Under the pieces are notes generated by a model. That model searched no databases. It saw only the letters and a program-made list of their open reading frames with translations, and was not told the DNA's origin. A program made the translations under genes and the position numbers. 64,000 bases of DNA, taken from positions 9,197 through 73,196 of the forward strand of contig JAANXD010000074.1 of NCBI GenBank assembly GCA_018263435.1. The letters are read 5' to 3'. Origin of the DNA: Candidatus Scalindua arabica. Its GTDB lineage: Bacteria; Planctomycetota; Brocadiia; Brocadiales; Scalinduaceae. How positions within the stretch are numbered: the stretch's first letter is position 1; each line of letters starts with the position of its first letter. This document shows, in pieces, positions 46,552-56,453 of the stretch.

Positions 46552-46650
46552 TCAATGCTGCTTAGCTTTTTTATCTTTAACATAAAATGTTACAGCTATA
46601 ACTGCAGCGATAATAGATAATAAGATGAAAGTTATAGTTAGTTCTATCAT
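46552..46650 (-). CDS. 32-aa hydrophobic mini-protein with a basic C-tail
   Basis: MIELTITFILLSIIAAVIAVTFYVKDKKAKQH. AAGGAG lies 7 nt upstream of ATG 46650. Below the ORF-track cutoff. Confidence 0.35.
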   Translation of the reverse strand: MIELTITFILLSIIAAVIAVTFYVKDKKAKQH

Positions 46651-46921
46651 TTTCTACTCCTTATTAACAGCAATTGCGGCAATAAAGCAAAGAATTGAAG
46701 AAACTATTCCAAATACAAAAACCATATTAGGAATTGCGGAGGAAGAGACAAATTTACCGATAACTAAACCTGCAAACACTAACTTTCCCAAATCCGAAAG
46801 TATGTTTGAGAGTGTTGCTCTTTGCTTACTTTGTCATAGTTGTAACTTAACCCTTTTTTTACTATCGTCAAGTAAAAAGTTAAATTAAAAACTTAGTAAT
46901 TATCAACAATGAAGACAAACT

Positions 46922-47410
46922 ATGATATTAAACAACAACGGGAATATTATTACTGTAGGCGTTGGAGACTTAAAGATTGGCAAGTCACCCAAAATGATAA
47001 AGACCAGTCTTGGCTCATGCGTAGGTGTTGTCTTGTATGATAGCGTACAGAAGATTGGGGGTGTCCTGCACCTAATGCTGCCCAATTGTAACGACAGAGA
47101 AGGCAAGCCAAGTAAATACGCCGACACAGGGATACCTTTATTACTTGACTTGATGTTAAACCAGGCCAAATCAAAGAAAAATGTACTGACTGCAAAGATA
47201 TTTGGCGGAGCAAATATGTTTAACGTCAGTAGCGAATTATTTGACATCGGGAAATCTAATATTGCAGAAACAGAAAGGCTTTTGAATCACTTTGGCATAA
47301 GAATCACAGCCTCAAGAGTAGGCGGCACTAAAGGCCATCAGATTACACTTGATACAGAAACTGGTGTTGTTCAAAGCAGGATATTCGGAGAACCGATAAA
47401 AGAATACTAA
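46922..47410 (+). CDS. cheD: chemoreceptor glutamine deamidase CheD
   Basis: 162 aa with the LGSCVGVVLYD motif. Confidence 0.9.
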   Translation: MILNNNGNIITVGVGDLKIGKSPKMIKTSLGSCVGVVLYDSVQKIGGVLHLMLPNCNDREGKPSKYADTGIPLLLDLMLNQAKSKKNVLTAKIFGGANMFNVSSELFDIGKSNIAETERLLNHFGIRITASRVGGTKGHQITLDTETGVVQSRIFGEPIKEY

Positions 47411-47426
47411 TAATAATTGATGATTT

Positions 47427-47528
47427 TAGATTGCGGATTGCAGATTTTGAATTCCAAGCCCACTGGTTTCATTCAGAAATCCCTGCCCGACAAATGGCAG
47501 GCGGGCGCACTCCGAAATCCGAAATTGG
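47427..47528. repeat. che-operon intercistronic palindromic unit (family E) with a GC core
   Basis: TAGATTGCGGATTGCAGATTT...CCCGACAAATGGCAGGCGGGCGCA..CTCCGAAATCCGAAATTGG. It has the same 24-nt core as 45139-45162. Confidence 0.6.
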
Positions 47529-47546
47529 AAGAAAGGATTGTAAATC

Positions 47547-48161
47547 ATGCAGATATCTAAAGAACATCTTAAGATATTAGATATTGTAGTAAAGATGGGA
47601 ATGGACAATGCCTCTCGCAGGTTTTCCAAGACCATAAGACGTGCTGCATTGATAGAATTAGTAAAGACCGAAATGGTGGATATCAGTGAGGCTACGGAAG
47701 AGATGAACAATGATTTACGTGAAATGGTATCATCTATGCTGCAGCTTGAGGGTGCATTTAATGGAAAACTACTGTTCATGATCCCTCTGGAGGGCGCTCT
47801 TTCACTACAGGATTTCTATACGGGTCAGCCACAAGGCACTTCTAAAGAATATGATGAATTTACAGAGGGCACAGTACAGGAGATTGGGAATATTCTTGCA
47901 AGCTCAATTGGCAATTCTTTTGCATTAGACCTTGGCTCTCAACTGCTACCAACTCCACCACAGATTTTATGCGATTTTGCAGGTACAATCTTTACATCAC
48001 TTATTTTTGAAGAAGGAATGTACAATGACAAAATTCTGCTGACTGAAACAAAGTTTAATATACATAAGACTGAAATAGACTGTTACTTCTTCTTACTTCC
48101 GGAAATAGGTTCATTAGAGGTGACACTGAATAAATTAGAAAAGTCAGAGAGTTTTGCCTGA
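47547..48161 (+). CDS. cheC: CheC-family CheY-P phosphatase
   Basis: 204 aa. The second E-x2-N site is intact (QEIGNILASSIG ...P). The first site is degenerate (KMGMDNAS). Confidence 0.78.
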   Translation: MQISKEHLKILDIVVKMGMDNASRRFSKTIRRAALIELVKTEMVDISEATEEMNNDLREMVSSMLQLEGAFNGKLLFMIPLEGALSLQDFYTGQPQGTSKEYDEFTEGTVQEIGNILASSIGNSFALDLGSQLLPTPPQILCDFAGTIFTSLIFEEGMYNDKILLTETKFNIHKTEIDCYFFLLPEIGSLEVTLNKLEKSESFA

Positions 48162-48339
48162 TAAAGTGTAGGGTAGAAAATTAAGACAATTTCAGAATTC
48201 GGATTGCGGAATGGAACAAAAACAAATCTGCATTCAGCAATTGCACAGGTTTATATTTTTTATCCCGCAATCAGAAATCAGAACTCCGAAATCGTAATAA
48301 AAGGAGATATGTTTTAGTACTAAATAACAGGGGAATATT

Positions 48340-48705
48340 ATGAAAAGAGTATTAATAGTAGATGACGCAAGTGTTGTAAGGTTAATGATAAAGAAAGTTC
48401 TCAAGGAAGGTGATTTTGAGATAGCTGGAGAAGCGGCAAATGGAGTAGACGCACTCACAAAGTATAAGGAGCTGAGACCTGACGTAGTCACCATGGACAT
48501 AACAATGCCGGAAGCAGATGGTATTCAGGCTACAAAGGACATAATAGCATTTGATGAGGACGCAAAGGTAGTAATCCTGTCCGGCATAGATCAAAAGGAG
48601 ATGTTATGGCAGGCGATTAAGGCTGGAGCCGCTTCGTACATCGTAAAACCGTTTGAAAATGACAGGGTATTATCAACACTGAATGAAGTTACAGGAAAAC
48701 AGTAA
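48340..48705 (+). CDS. cheY: chemotaxis response regulator CheY (second copy)
   Basis: 121 aa single REC domain: LIVDDAS, TMDITMPEADG, VKPF. Confidence 0.88.
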   Translation: MKRVLIVDDASVVRLMIKKVLKEGDFEIAGEAANGVDALTKYKELRPDVVTMDITMPEADGIQATKDIIAFDEDAKVVILSGIDQKEMLWQAIKAGAASYIVKPFENDRVLSTLNEVTGKQ

Positions 48706-48774
48706 TTTCGGGATTCGGATTCCAGATTTTGGAGTCAAAGAAATGAATCTGCAATCCGAATCCCGAAATCTAAA

Positions 48775-49620
48775 ATGGAATTATCAATGCAATATATCCT
48801 ATCAAACGAAGAATTTGAATTATTCAGACGCTTGATTTACGATTCCTGTGGGATAAGCCTGGCGCTATCCAAAAAGGAATTAGTCAAGGCAAGGCTGACC
48901 AAACGCCTTATTAAGGTTGGTATAGATTCATTTAAGGATTATTATAGATACGTTACTAAGACTGACAAGACAGGAAAGGAGTTAGTTCATCTTGTTGACA
49001 GCATCTCAACTAATAAAACAGACTTTTTCAGAGAGAAGAAGCATTTTGATCTTCTAAATACTTCAATCTTGCCATCTTTGATTGCAAGCAAGACAAAGAC
49101 CGGAAACAAGAAACTTCGCATCTGGTGTGCCGCGTCGTCATCTGGCGAAGAACCATATACCCTGGCCATGACCGTCCTTAACCATTTAAACCCTGACAAT
49201 GGATGGGATATAAAGATCCTGGCAACAGATATATCCACAAAAATACTTCAAAAAGCGATCAATGGTGTTTACAGGAAAGAGCTGTTAAGAGATATTCCAC
49301 TTGGAACTATCTCTGCAAACTTCTCCAGTGTTATTTATGAGAATGCAAACTGTTATAAGGTCAAAAATCATCTCAAGGATATTATCACTTTCAGAAGATT
49401 TAATCTAATGACACCTGAGTTTCCATTTAAAAACCCTTTTGATTTTATCTTTTGCAGAAACGTAATGATTTATTTTAATCCTGAAACACAAAACACGCTT
49501 GTTTCAAAATTTTACGATTGTTTACCAAAAGATGGCCATCTTTTTATCGGCCACTCTGAGACATTATCCAGAAGTAATACCAGTTTTAAATACATACAAC
49601 CGGCTGTTTATCAGAAATAG
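48775..49620 (+). CDS. cheR: chemotaxis protein methyltransferase CheR
   Basis: 281 aa with TDFFRE, IWCAASSSGEEPYTLAM and CRNVMIYF motifs. Confidence 0.92.
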   Translation: MELSMQYILSNEEFELFRRLIYDSCGISLALSKKELVKARLTKRLIKVGIDSFKDYYRYVTKTDKTGKELVHLVDSISTNKTDFFREKKHFDLLNTSILPSLIASKTKTGNKKLRIWCAASSSGEEPYTLAMTVLNHLNPDNGWDIKILATDISTKILQKAINGVYRKELLRDIPLGTISANFSSVIYENANCYKVKNHLKDIITFRRFNLMTPEFPFKNPFDFIFCRNVMIYFNPETQNTLVSKFYDCLPKDGHLFIGHSETLSRSNTSFKYIQPAVYQK

Positions 49621-49632
49621 TGAGCAAACAAA

Positions 49633-50736
49633 ATGAATAATAAAACCAAGGTATTGATAGTTGACGATTCTGCCGTTGTAAGAAAGATATTATCAAGCGC
49701 ATTAGGCAAATACCAGGATATTGAAATAGTTGGCACTGCACCAGACCCATTTATAGCCAGGAACAAGATCCTACAACTTAAACCGGATGTCCTTACACTC
49801 GATGTTGAAATGCCGAGGATGGATGGGATCACATTCCTGAGAAAGTTGATGACACACTATCCCATACCAACGGTAATGGTAAGCTCACTTACTCAGGCAG
49901 GTTGCGACGCAACACTACAAGCTCTTGAAGTAGGAGCCATAGACTTTGTCGCAAAGCCAACAAGCAGGCTTGGCAGTGATGTAGGTGATGTAATAGATGA
50001 GTTGCATACCAAAATAAAATATGCATCCAGAGCAAAAGTAAGAGTACAGTGTAATTCGGCAGGAAATGGAAATGGTAATAGTAAATCTGTCCGAACTGTC
50101 CAGCCAAAAGCAGGCACACCTGACAATGGTCAGGAAAGTAGACAAGATTATACTGTGTTCAAGGGTACTCACAAAATCATATTAATTGGCGCATCAACCG
50201 GTGGCACAGAGGCATTGAAGGAAGTCTTAACAAAAATGCCTCCGGATTCACCGGCGATTGCTATTGTCCAGCACATGCCGGAAATGTTTACAAAGGCATT
50301 TGCAAACAGGCTGGATTCGTTGTGTGCTATCACAGTAAAGGAAGGTAAACATGCTGAAAGTCTTATACCGGGACAGGCAATAATAGCACCAGGAAATTAC
50401 CATATGGTCATAAAAAAAAGCGGTGCAATGTACAAAGTTGAAATGGATCAGGGGCCTCCCGTTCACCATCAAAGACCGGCTGTAGACAACTTGTTTGACT
50501 CAGCTGCTAAATACGTAGGGCCAAATGCTATTGGCGTGATCATGACAGGTATGGGTGATGATGGTGCAACCGGATTACTCAAAATGAAAGAATCTGGCGC
50601 CGGAACAATAGCCCAGGACGAAGATAGTTGTGTGGTATTTGGTATGCCAAAAGAGGCTATCAAATTAGGTGCAGCAGATAAAGTAGTTTCTCTACACAAC
50701 ATTCCGAACAGTATCATTTCTTTAATAAACAATTAG
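49633..50736 (+). CDS. cheB: protein-glutamate methylesterase CheB
   Basis: 367 aa: REC (LIVDDSAVVR, TLDVEMPRMDG) plus an esterase domain (GASTGG, MTGMGDDG). Confidence 0.93.
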   Translation: MNNKTKVLIVDDSAVVRKILSSALGKYQDIEIVGTAPDPFIARNKILQLKPDVLTLDVEMPRMDGITFLRKLMTHYPIPTVMVSSLTQAGCDATLQALEVGAIDFVAKPTSRLGSDVGDVIDELHTKIKYASRAKVRVQCNSAGNGNGNSKSVRTVQPKAGTPDNGQESRQDYTVFKGTHKIILIGASTGGTEALKEVLTKMPPDSPAIAIVQHMPEMFTKAFANRLDSLCAITVKEGKHAESLIPGQAIIAPGNYHMVIKKSGAMYKVEMDQGPPVHHQRPAVDNLFDSAAKYVGPNAIGVIMTGMGDDGATGLLKMKESGAGTIAQDEDSCVVFGMPKEAIKLGAADKVVSLHNIPNSIISLINN

Positions 50737-50763
50737 TATTTCTCTCTATTCATTGTAAGACTT

Positions 50764-51351
50764 ATGGAAAACAATACTCATGGCCCTGGTGATGTTGAAA
50801 TCGTAAAAGAGGCCGATATAAATATTATTGATGATGGTAATAATAATGACCAGGCAATGCTTAAGGTATTGAAGAATGAGATATCACATCTCAAAGCATC
50901 CAATGCATCTCTAAAAATCCAACTCCAGTATTTCCGAGAAAATTACCTGCCTAATGTTCTTCTTGTAGATGACAATCATGAAACCGTTCAAGTTATCACA
51001 GGAATTCTTAGCGATTATAATGTAATTAATACAGGAAATGGTATTGAAGCCTTAAGCATGCTTCGCAAAATGGGTAATGTAGGAAGTGACATCCAGCGAA
51101 TTGATACAATACTATTAGAAGTCAATCTGCCAGGTATGAGTGGATTCACCTTGTGTCGGGAGTTGAAAAAAAACATTAAATTAAATATCCCGATAATCTT
51201 CTGCTCGGCAAACAATACCAAAAAAGATGTGATTAAGGCAATCAGCTTTGGAGCCGACGACTATATTATCAAGCCATTTCAGGAAAAGGCATTATTAGAA
51301 AAAGTTGGCAAATGGACAAAGAAACGGTTAGCACTTAATAGAACCAGGTAG
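50764..51351 (+). CDS. atypical receiver protein (coiled-coil N-terminus; phospho-acceptor Asp replaced by Glu)
   Basis: 195 aa with the REC fold (LLVDDNHE, ..IKPF). However, the beta3 motif reads ILLEVNLPGMSG, with E119 (51118-51120) at the Asp position. Confidence 0.7.
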   Translation: MENNTHGPGDVEIVKEADINIIDDGNNNDQAMLKVLKNEISHLKASNASLKIQLQYFRENYLPNVLLVDDNHETVQVITGILSDYNVINTGNGIEALSMLRKMGNVGSDIQRIDTILLEVNLPGMSGFTLCRELKKNIKLNIPIIFCSANNTKKDVIKAISFGADDYIIKPFQEKALLEKVGKWTKKRLALNRTR

Positions 51352-51485
51352 GTTAGGTTGGCAATCGTTCCAGCCCTTATGAGGTGACTCAATCGAATGT
51401 ATAATTCTCTACTCGAAATATATAGCCCGCAATCCTAAATCCCTGGTCCAGACCGCAGGGCGGATTGCACCAGGGTGGGCTGAAA

Positions 51486-52568
51486 TTATATACTACTAAT
51501 AGGTATTAAGGACGGAATTGTCTCAAGCACTTTCCTGAAGCTTGTATTTCTAACGTATCTCCATTCCTTATCATCTTCCTTCTTTTCGGGAGTTGTAATA
51601 TTATTTATAATTGGTAACCCCTTAAGGCCTTTAGCCAATTTAAAGGAACGAGCCCTTCCAGACGCCTCACCACCAGGCAATACATCCGTTATAAAATCCA
51701 TGGCTACCTGAGTATTATCAAAGATTGCAGTTGTCGCTTTTCTGCCGGCTTTAAAGTTACCTATTGTTGCATCCGGTATCACCTCAACAGCATTTAAGCC
51801 TGCAAACATTACATCTTCACCAATATTAATCGCACTCCTTGGAATCCCCTTCACAATATCTCCAATCACTGCATCCTTTAATACTTTCTTAAACAGATGT
51901 TTGACTCTACCAGCACCCTGGGGTTTAGCTTCTCCCTCCGGAGTGTAGATACCAAAAGAAAGGCCGCTTGCTACATCTTTGACAAAATTTACTACTGTAC
52001 CCGCAAGGCCTACCTTTCTGCCCTCATTTACGTTTCCGTTCTTATCCACATACCTGAACTTTGCACCAATACCTAAATCCTTTACTGCATTAAGAAGATT
52101 ATTACCTGCATCTGCCAAATCCTTGCCTACCCTCTTTGTAATCCTGGAATGGTCATAACCGTTATCTATTACTCCTGAAGCCTTACTCAAGAAGAAGCTG
52201 TCACCACCGGGGTTAGACATCAACTGATCCTCTTTATAAACCTTATACTGTTCTGCTAAAGAAGACGCTGGAGGTTTGCTTACATTCTGGTTTGGAATAA
52301 ATACTTCAGGATGTGGAAGTACCCTTGAAGGAGAGATTGGCATAAAGTTTCTTGCATTTTTCCTTTGGAAGTTAAAGTTGTTAACATTGGCTAACTCCTT
52401 ATTCAAGACCCTGCCAAACGGCTGCAGCTTTGAAGAATTATTAAAGCTCACAACGTTAGGGCTATTAAGTTTAGCCATGCCCTTTGCAAATGCCTGTGTA
52501 ATTACCTGTGAATTGTCTGTGTTGTTAAAATCCATAATCGCCAGTATTAAACGCAAAAGAAATACCAT
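51486..52568 (-). CDS. hypothetical protein, Cys-free, Gly/Asn-rich
   Basis: 360-codon ORF with no TM, signal peptide or recognisable motif. The alternative ATG is at 52535 and there is no clear SD. Confidence 0.5.
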   Translation of the reverse strand: MVFLLRLILAIMDFNNTDNSQVITQAFAKGMAKLNSPNVVSFNNSSKLQPFGRVLNKELANVNNFNFQRKNARNFMPISPSRVLPHPEVFIPNQNVSKPPASSLAEQYKVYKEDQLMSNPGGDSFFLSKASGVIDNGYDHSRITKRVGKDLADAGNNLLNAVKDLGIGAKFRYVDKNGNVNEGRKVGLAGTVVNFVKDVASGLSFGIYTPEGEAKPQGAGRVKHLFKKVLKDAVIGDIVKGIPRSAINIGEDVMFAGLNAVEVIPDATIGNFKAGRKATTAIFDNTQVAMDFITDVLPGGEASGRARSFKLAKGLKGLPIINNITTPEKKEDDKEWRYVRNTSFRKVLETIPSLIPISSI

Positions 52569-52758
52569 ACATACCGATTGCTATTAAAATTTACATAATC
52601 TACCAAGCCTTTGATATATCATTGCTTAGGAGACCAACACAAGATGTCAGCACAAATTCCATAGTGGACTCTCTGTAAAACAGGAAGAAATTGACCGGTT
52701 AAAGGTAAGAATGACTTGATAAAACATGAGATATGCAGGACAAAAGGAGGTACTGATT

Positions 52759-54732
52759 TTATTGCAGGCCAACAGGAACATTTCTTTGTGAACCGGCACT
52801 TGAATAATTATCAATTATTTTGTGTAATTCTGCAAACTCTATCGGTTTGTTAAGGATATAATCTACTCCTTCGCTTCTATAGTCAATAGCGCCTGTGTCC
52901 AGTTCATAACCTGTAATCAGCACGACAGGCGTTTTTGGCTTCTTCCTGACACTATCAGACTCTTTTACAAACCTGGCCACCTGCCAGCCATTTGACTTCG
53001 GCATTGCAAGGTCACACAAAACAATATCATACGTATTTTTCTCATACATTTTCATACCAACACTTGAATCTTGTGCTACAAATACATTATGCCCCCTTGA
53101 CTCGAGAATAACTCTCATCATGTCCAATATTACCTTTTCATCTTCAATCACAAGTATATTCGCACTATGACCGGTAATATCGCCTGTCACTTCATCTTGA
53201 TGTAGTACTTCATCTGCAGAACACAGAGGCATCATTAGATGCATTGTAGTGCCTTTTCCAGGGGAACTATCAATCCTAATCTCACCATCATATCTGGTCA
53301 TTATACTATATGAGAGGCTCATGCCCAGTCCAGACCTTTTTACACCTTTGGTTGTGAAAAAAGGATCGAAAACTTTTTCTTTAACATCTTCGCTTATACC
53401 GATCCCATTGTCTGAAATAGAAATGACTGCATTATCTCCATCCGTTTTTACAGATAATTCAATCTTACCGCCATTAGGCATTGCATCAATACTGTTATTA
53501 ATAATGTTTATAATGACCTCGCGCAACTCTGAAGGTTTACATCTGGCACGATACTTTGAAGTTGTGAAGTTGTGCTTGACAATTTCATACTCAACCCCTT
53601 TTGATTGAGCCACTGTCTTCCATCTTGGCATGGTAAGTTTCAAGGCATCATCAATGATTTCAACAAGGTCAATTGACTTCTCTACATTTTCATGCTCTTT
53701 CTTAATCCTTGAGAATTGTTGAATCTTATCTACGATTTCTGCTCCATCTCTCGCAGCTTTTTCTATAATATTTAGAGAATCTAAAACCTTCTCATTCTCA
53801 TCCTTAATCCCCATCTTCACAATGTCCAGATATCCAAGTATTATTCCCAGTATATTATTGAAGTCATAGGCAATACCACTTGACTGTAATCCTAATGCAT
53901 TTAGTTTGTCTATTTGAAACAACTTCTGCTCAAATTCTTTTCTCCCGGTAATATCTCTTACAACCCCTTCAAACAGTGTCACTTTACCATTTTCATCATA
54001 ATCCATCTTCGCATTCAATTGAACGTCCTTTATCAGGCCACTCTTAGTCTTTATCCTGAACTCATACCCCTCCAGGAATTCTCTCCTGCCTGCAAAGGCG
54101 CCCTTGATACAATCGACAATTTTCTTCCTATCTTCTTTATGAATCAAATCAAAGAAAGATAAACCCCTGGCCTCTTCACCTGAATATTCAAAAACTCTCT
54201 TGCTGGCAAGATTTATCGATGTAATGTTTAGCTCCTGATCTGCCGTAAATACCACATCAATCATGTTGTCGATCAACGTCTTGTATCTTAACTCAGATAC
54301 CCTTAATTCATTCTCAACTTCTTCCTTCTCTCTCTTTGTCCGAGACTCCAGTACCGCTCTATCCACAATTGAAGGTAATCTCTTCAAATAACCTTCTTCC
54401 TTGGCAATATAATCACAAGCTCCAACCTTCATTGCTTCTACTGCAACACTTTCATCACCAAATGCTGTTGCCATTATGACTGGACAGTTGTTTTCTTGGC
54501 GGTTTATACGCTTCAACACTTCTATCCCGTTCATGTCGGAAAGGCTATAATCAATGATTGTCGCATCAAAAGCTTCATTTGACAATTTGTGAATGCACTC
54601 TTCGCCAGTACAGACAAACACAACTTCCACATTCTGCTTATCCTGTTTCAGAACATCTTCCATTAAGATCTGATGATCTTCGTTGTCATCCACAATTAAT
54701 ATATTTAATCGATTGACACTCACAGCAAACAT
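52759..54732 (-). CDS. hybrid histidine kinase (REC - PAS - HisKA - HATPase_c - REC)
   Basis: 657 aa with an N-terminal REC (IVDDNEDH, IIDYSLSDMNG), an H-box-like IAYDFNNIL, a G-box SGLGMS and a C-terminal REC (LCDLAMPKSNG). Confidence 0.9.
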   Translation of the reverse strand: MFAVSVNRLNILIVDDNEDHQILMEDVLKQDKQNVEVVFVCTGEECIHKLSNEAFDATIIDYSLSDMNGIEVLKRINRQENNCPVIMATAFGDESVAVEAMKVGACDYIAKEEGYLKRLPSIVDRAVLESRTKREKEEVENELRVSELRYKTLIDNMIDVVFTADQELNITSINLASKRVFEYSGEEARGLSFFDLIHKEDRKKIVDCIKGAFAGRREFLEGYEFRIKTKSGLIKDVQLNAKMDYDENGKVTLFEGVVRDITGRKEFEQKLFQIDKLNALGLQSSGIAYDFNNILGIILGYLDIVKMGIKDENEKVLDSLNIIEKAARDGAEIVDKIQQFSRIKKEHENVEKSIDLVEIIDDALKLTMPRWKTVAQSKGVEYEIVKHNFTTSKYRARCKPSELREVIINIINNSIDAMPNGGKIELSVKTDGDNAVISISDNGIGISEDVKEKVFDPFFTTKGVKRSGLGMSLSYSIMTRYDGEIRIDSSPGKGTTMHLMMPLCSADEVLHQDEVTGDITGHSANILVIEDEKVILDMMRVILESRGHNVFVAQDSSVGMKMYEKNTYDIVLCDLAMPKSNGWQVARFVKESDSVRKKPKTPVVLITGYELDTGAIDYRSEGVDYILNKPIEFAELHKIIDNYSSAGSQRNVPVGLQ

Positions 54733-54914
54733 CGCCCCTTTTTATTATTTCAGGATGCCAGGAAACTTCACAGCTACAAGAACTTTAACCAGTCGATGTC
54801 CATTACTACTAACGATTAATGATATATTCGAAGTGGCCTGATTACAAGCAGAAAATCGTTAATTTCTGTACTATACTGTAAAATAGAGTCGCTAGGATGG
54901 AGAAGTATAGTAAA

Positions 54915-56276
54915 TCACTCATCCTTTGACCATTCTTTGATCTTATATTCAATCTTTCGCGTTGAAATACCGAGTATCTTTGCCGCCTTTGATTTACTAC
55001 CATTGGTTGTTTGAAGTGCCTCAATGATAACCTTCTTCTCTATCTCCTTCATAGTTGCTCCCGATGGGATACGAAAGGTTTCTTTTCTGGATTTCTTAGA
55101 ATTCACATTAATATTTGAAGGAAGATCGCCTGGTTCTATATATTCATTTCTTGCCATTACCACAGCTCTTTCGATTGCGTTTTCAAGTTCTCTGACATTA
55201 CCGGGCCAGTCGTAATTATTCAACAACTTTGCGCTCTGCGGAGTAATGCCCTTAATATCTTTCTTGTTCTTTTTTGAATATTTTACAAGAAAGTTATCTA
55301 TCAGCAATCCAATATCTTCTTTCCTCTCTCTTAATGACGGGAGTTTCAGGTTGATAACATTTAATCTATAGTATAAATCTTCCCTGAATCTTCCCTCCTT
55401 GATCTCTTCCTCCAGGTCTCTATTTGTTGCAGCAATAATTCTAACGTCTGATTCAAAGGTTTTTTCACCACCGACTCTTTCAAATTTCCCGGTTTCCAAA
55501 ACTCTTAACAGTTTGATTTGAATATGTGAATTCATCTCTCCCACTTCATCAAGAAAGAGACTGCCTCCATTAGCCAATTCAAACCTGCCCCGTCTCTGGC
55601 TTACCGCACCGGTAAAAGCACCCTTTTCGTGCCCAAAGAGTTCGCTTTCCAATACACCTTCAGATAATGAAGCACAATGAAGTGCAACAAATGGTTTGTC
55701 CTTTCTATCACTATTGTAATGTATAGCATTAGCAATAAGCTCCTTTCCTGTCCCGGTATCACCATAAATCAACACAGTAGCTGCTGTTGGAGCAATCTCT
55801 GTTATTGTCTTGTAAATAAGCTGAATTTCAGGCGAATTACCAATAATTCCTGAGAAATTATATTTATCATTTAATTTCTGTTTCAATTCCTTGTTCTGTA
55901 ATACCAGGAGCCGTCTCTCCCATATCTTTTTAAGTATCAATTCTAATTCTTCAATATTTACCGGCTTGGTCAAGTAGTCATCCGCGCCCTTTTTCACCGC
56001 ATCAATAGCAGTCTGTATAGAACTAAATGCAGTTATCATTACCACAGCAATATCAACATCCTTCTTCTTAGCCTTTTCAATAATGGAAAAACCACTGATA
56101 TCAGGTAGCTTCATATCTGTAATTACTATATCAAAGTGCTCGCTTTCGATTAAATTCAATGCTTCTTTGCCTGTATACGTACAACTTGTATCATAGCCAT
56201 CCTGCAAGAGAATCTTTGTCAGGCCGTCGGCTGTATTTTTATCGTCATCTACTAATAATATTCTTGGTTTCTTCAT
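54915..56276 (-). CDS. sigma54-dependent response regulator (NtrC family)
   Basis: 453 aa: [26 protein letters not shown], and an [21 protein letters not shown]. Confidence 0.93.
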   Translation of the reverse strand: MKKPRILLVDDDKNTADGLTKILLQDGYDTSCTYTGKEALNLIESEHFDIVITDMKLPDISGFSIIEKAKKKDVDIAVVMITAFSSIQTAIDAVKKGADDYLTKPVNIEELELILKKIWERRLLVLQNKELKQKLNDKYNFSGIIGNSPEIQLIYKTITEIAPTAATVLIYGDTGTGKELIANAIHYNSDRKDKPFVALHCASLSEGVLESELFGHEKGAFTGAVSQRRGRFELANGGSLFLDEVGEMNSHIQIKLLRVLETGKFERVGGEKTFESDVRIIAATNRDLEEEIKEGRFREDLYYRLNVINLKLPSLRERKEDIGLLIDNFLVKYSKKNKKDIKGITPQSAKLLNNYDWPGNVRELENAIERAVVMARNEYIEPGDLPSNINVNSKKSRKETFRIPSGATMKEIEKKVIIEALQTTNGSKSKAAKILGISTRKIEYKIKEWSKDE

Positions 56277-56323
56277 TATCTATTTAAACCTAAATTGAGT
56301 GATTTTGTATTATATGTTAGATG

Positions 56324-56447
56324 ATAAAAGGGGACAGGCTACTTTTTACCTGATATCTCCTATTCTCTGCTTTCCCATAGTCTGTTAAAAGATTTCAATC
56401 CGTGTTCCCCATCACCTTTGTCAAAAAAGTAGCCTGTCCCCTTTTAT
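56324..56447. mobile_element. MITE-like repeat, family B copy 2
   Basis: It has the same 24-bp terminal inverted repeats as 36794-36924. It lies 6 nt downstream of the kinase stop (56454) and 48 nt upstream of the NtrC-type start (56276). A solo family A terminal repeat sits at 56288-56308. Confidence 0.65.
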
Positions 56448-56453
56448 TTATAA

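Noticed and set aside
46625-46888. 87-aa plus-strand ORF before cheD
   Set aside because: It has no SD and overlaps the better-supported minus-strand mini-ORF. Its product has no motif.
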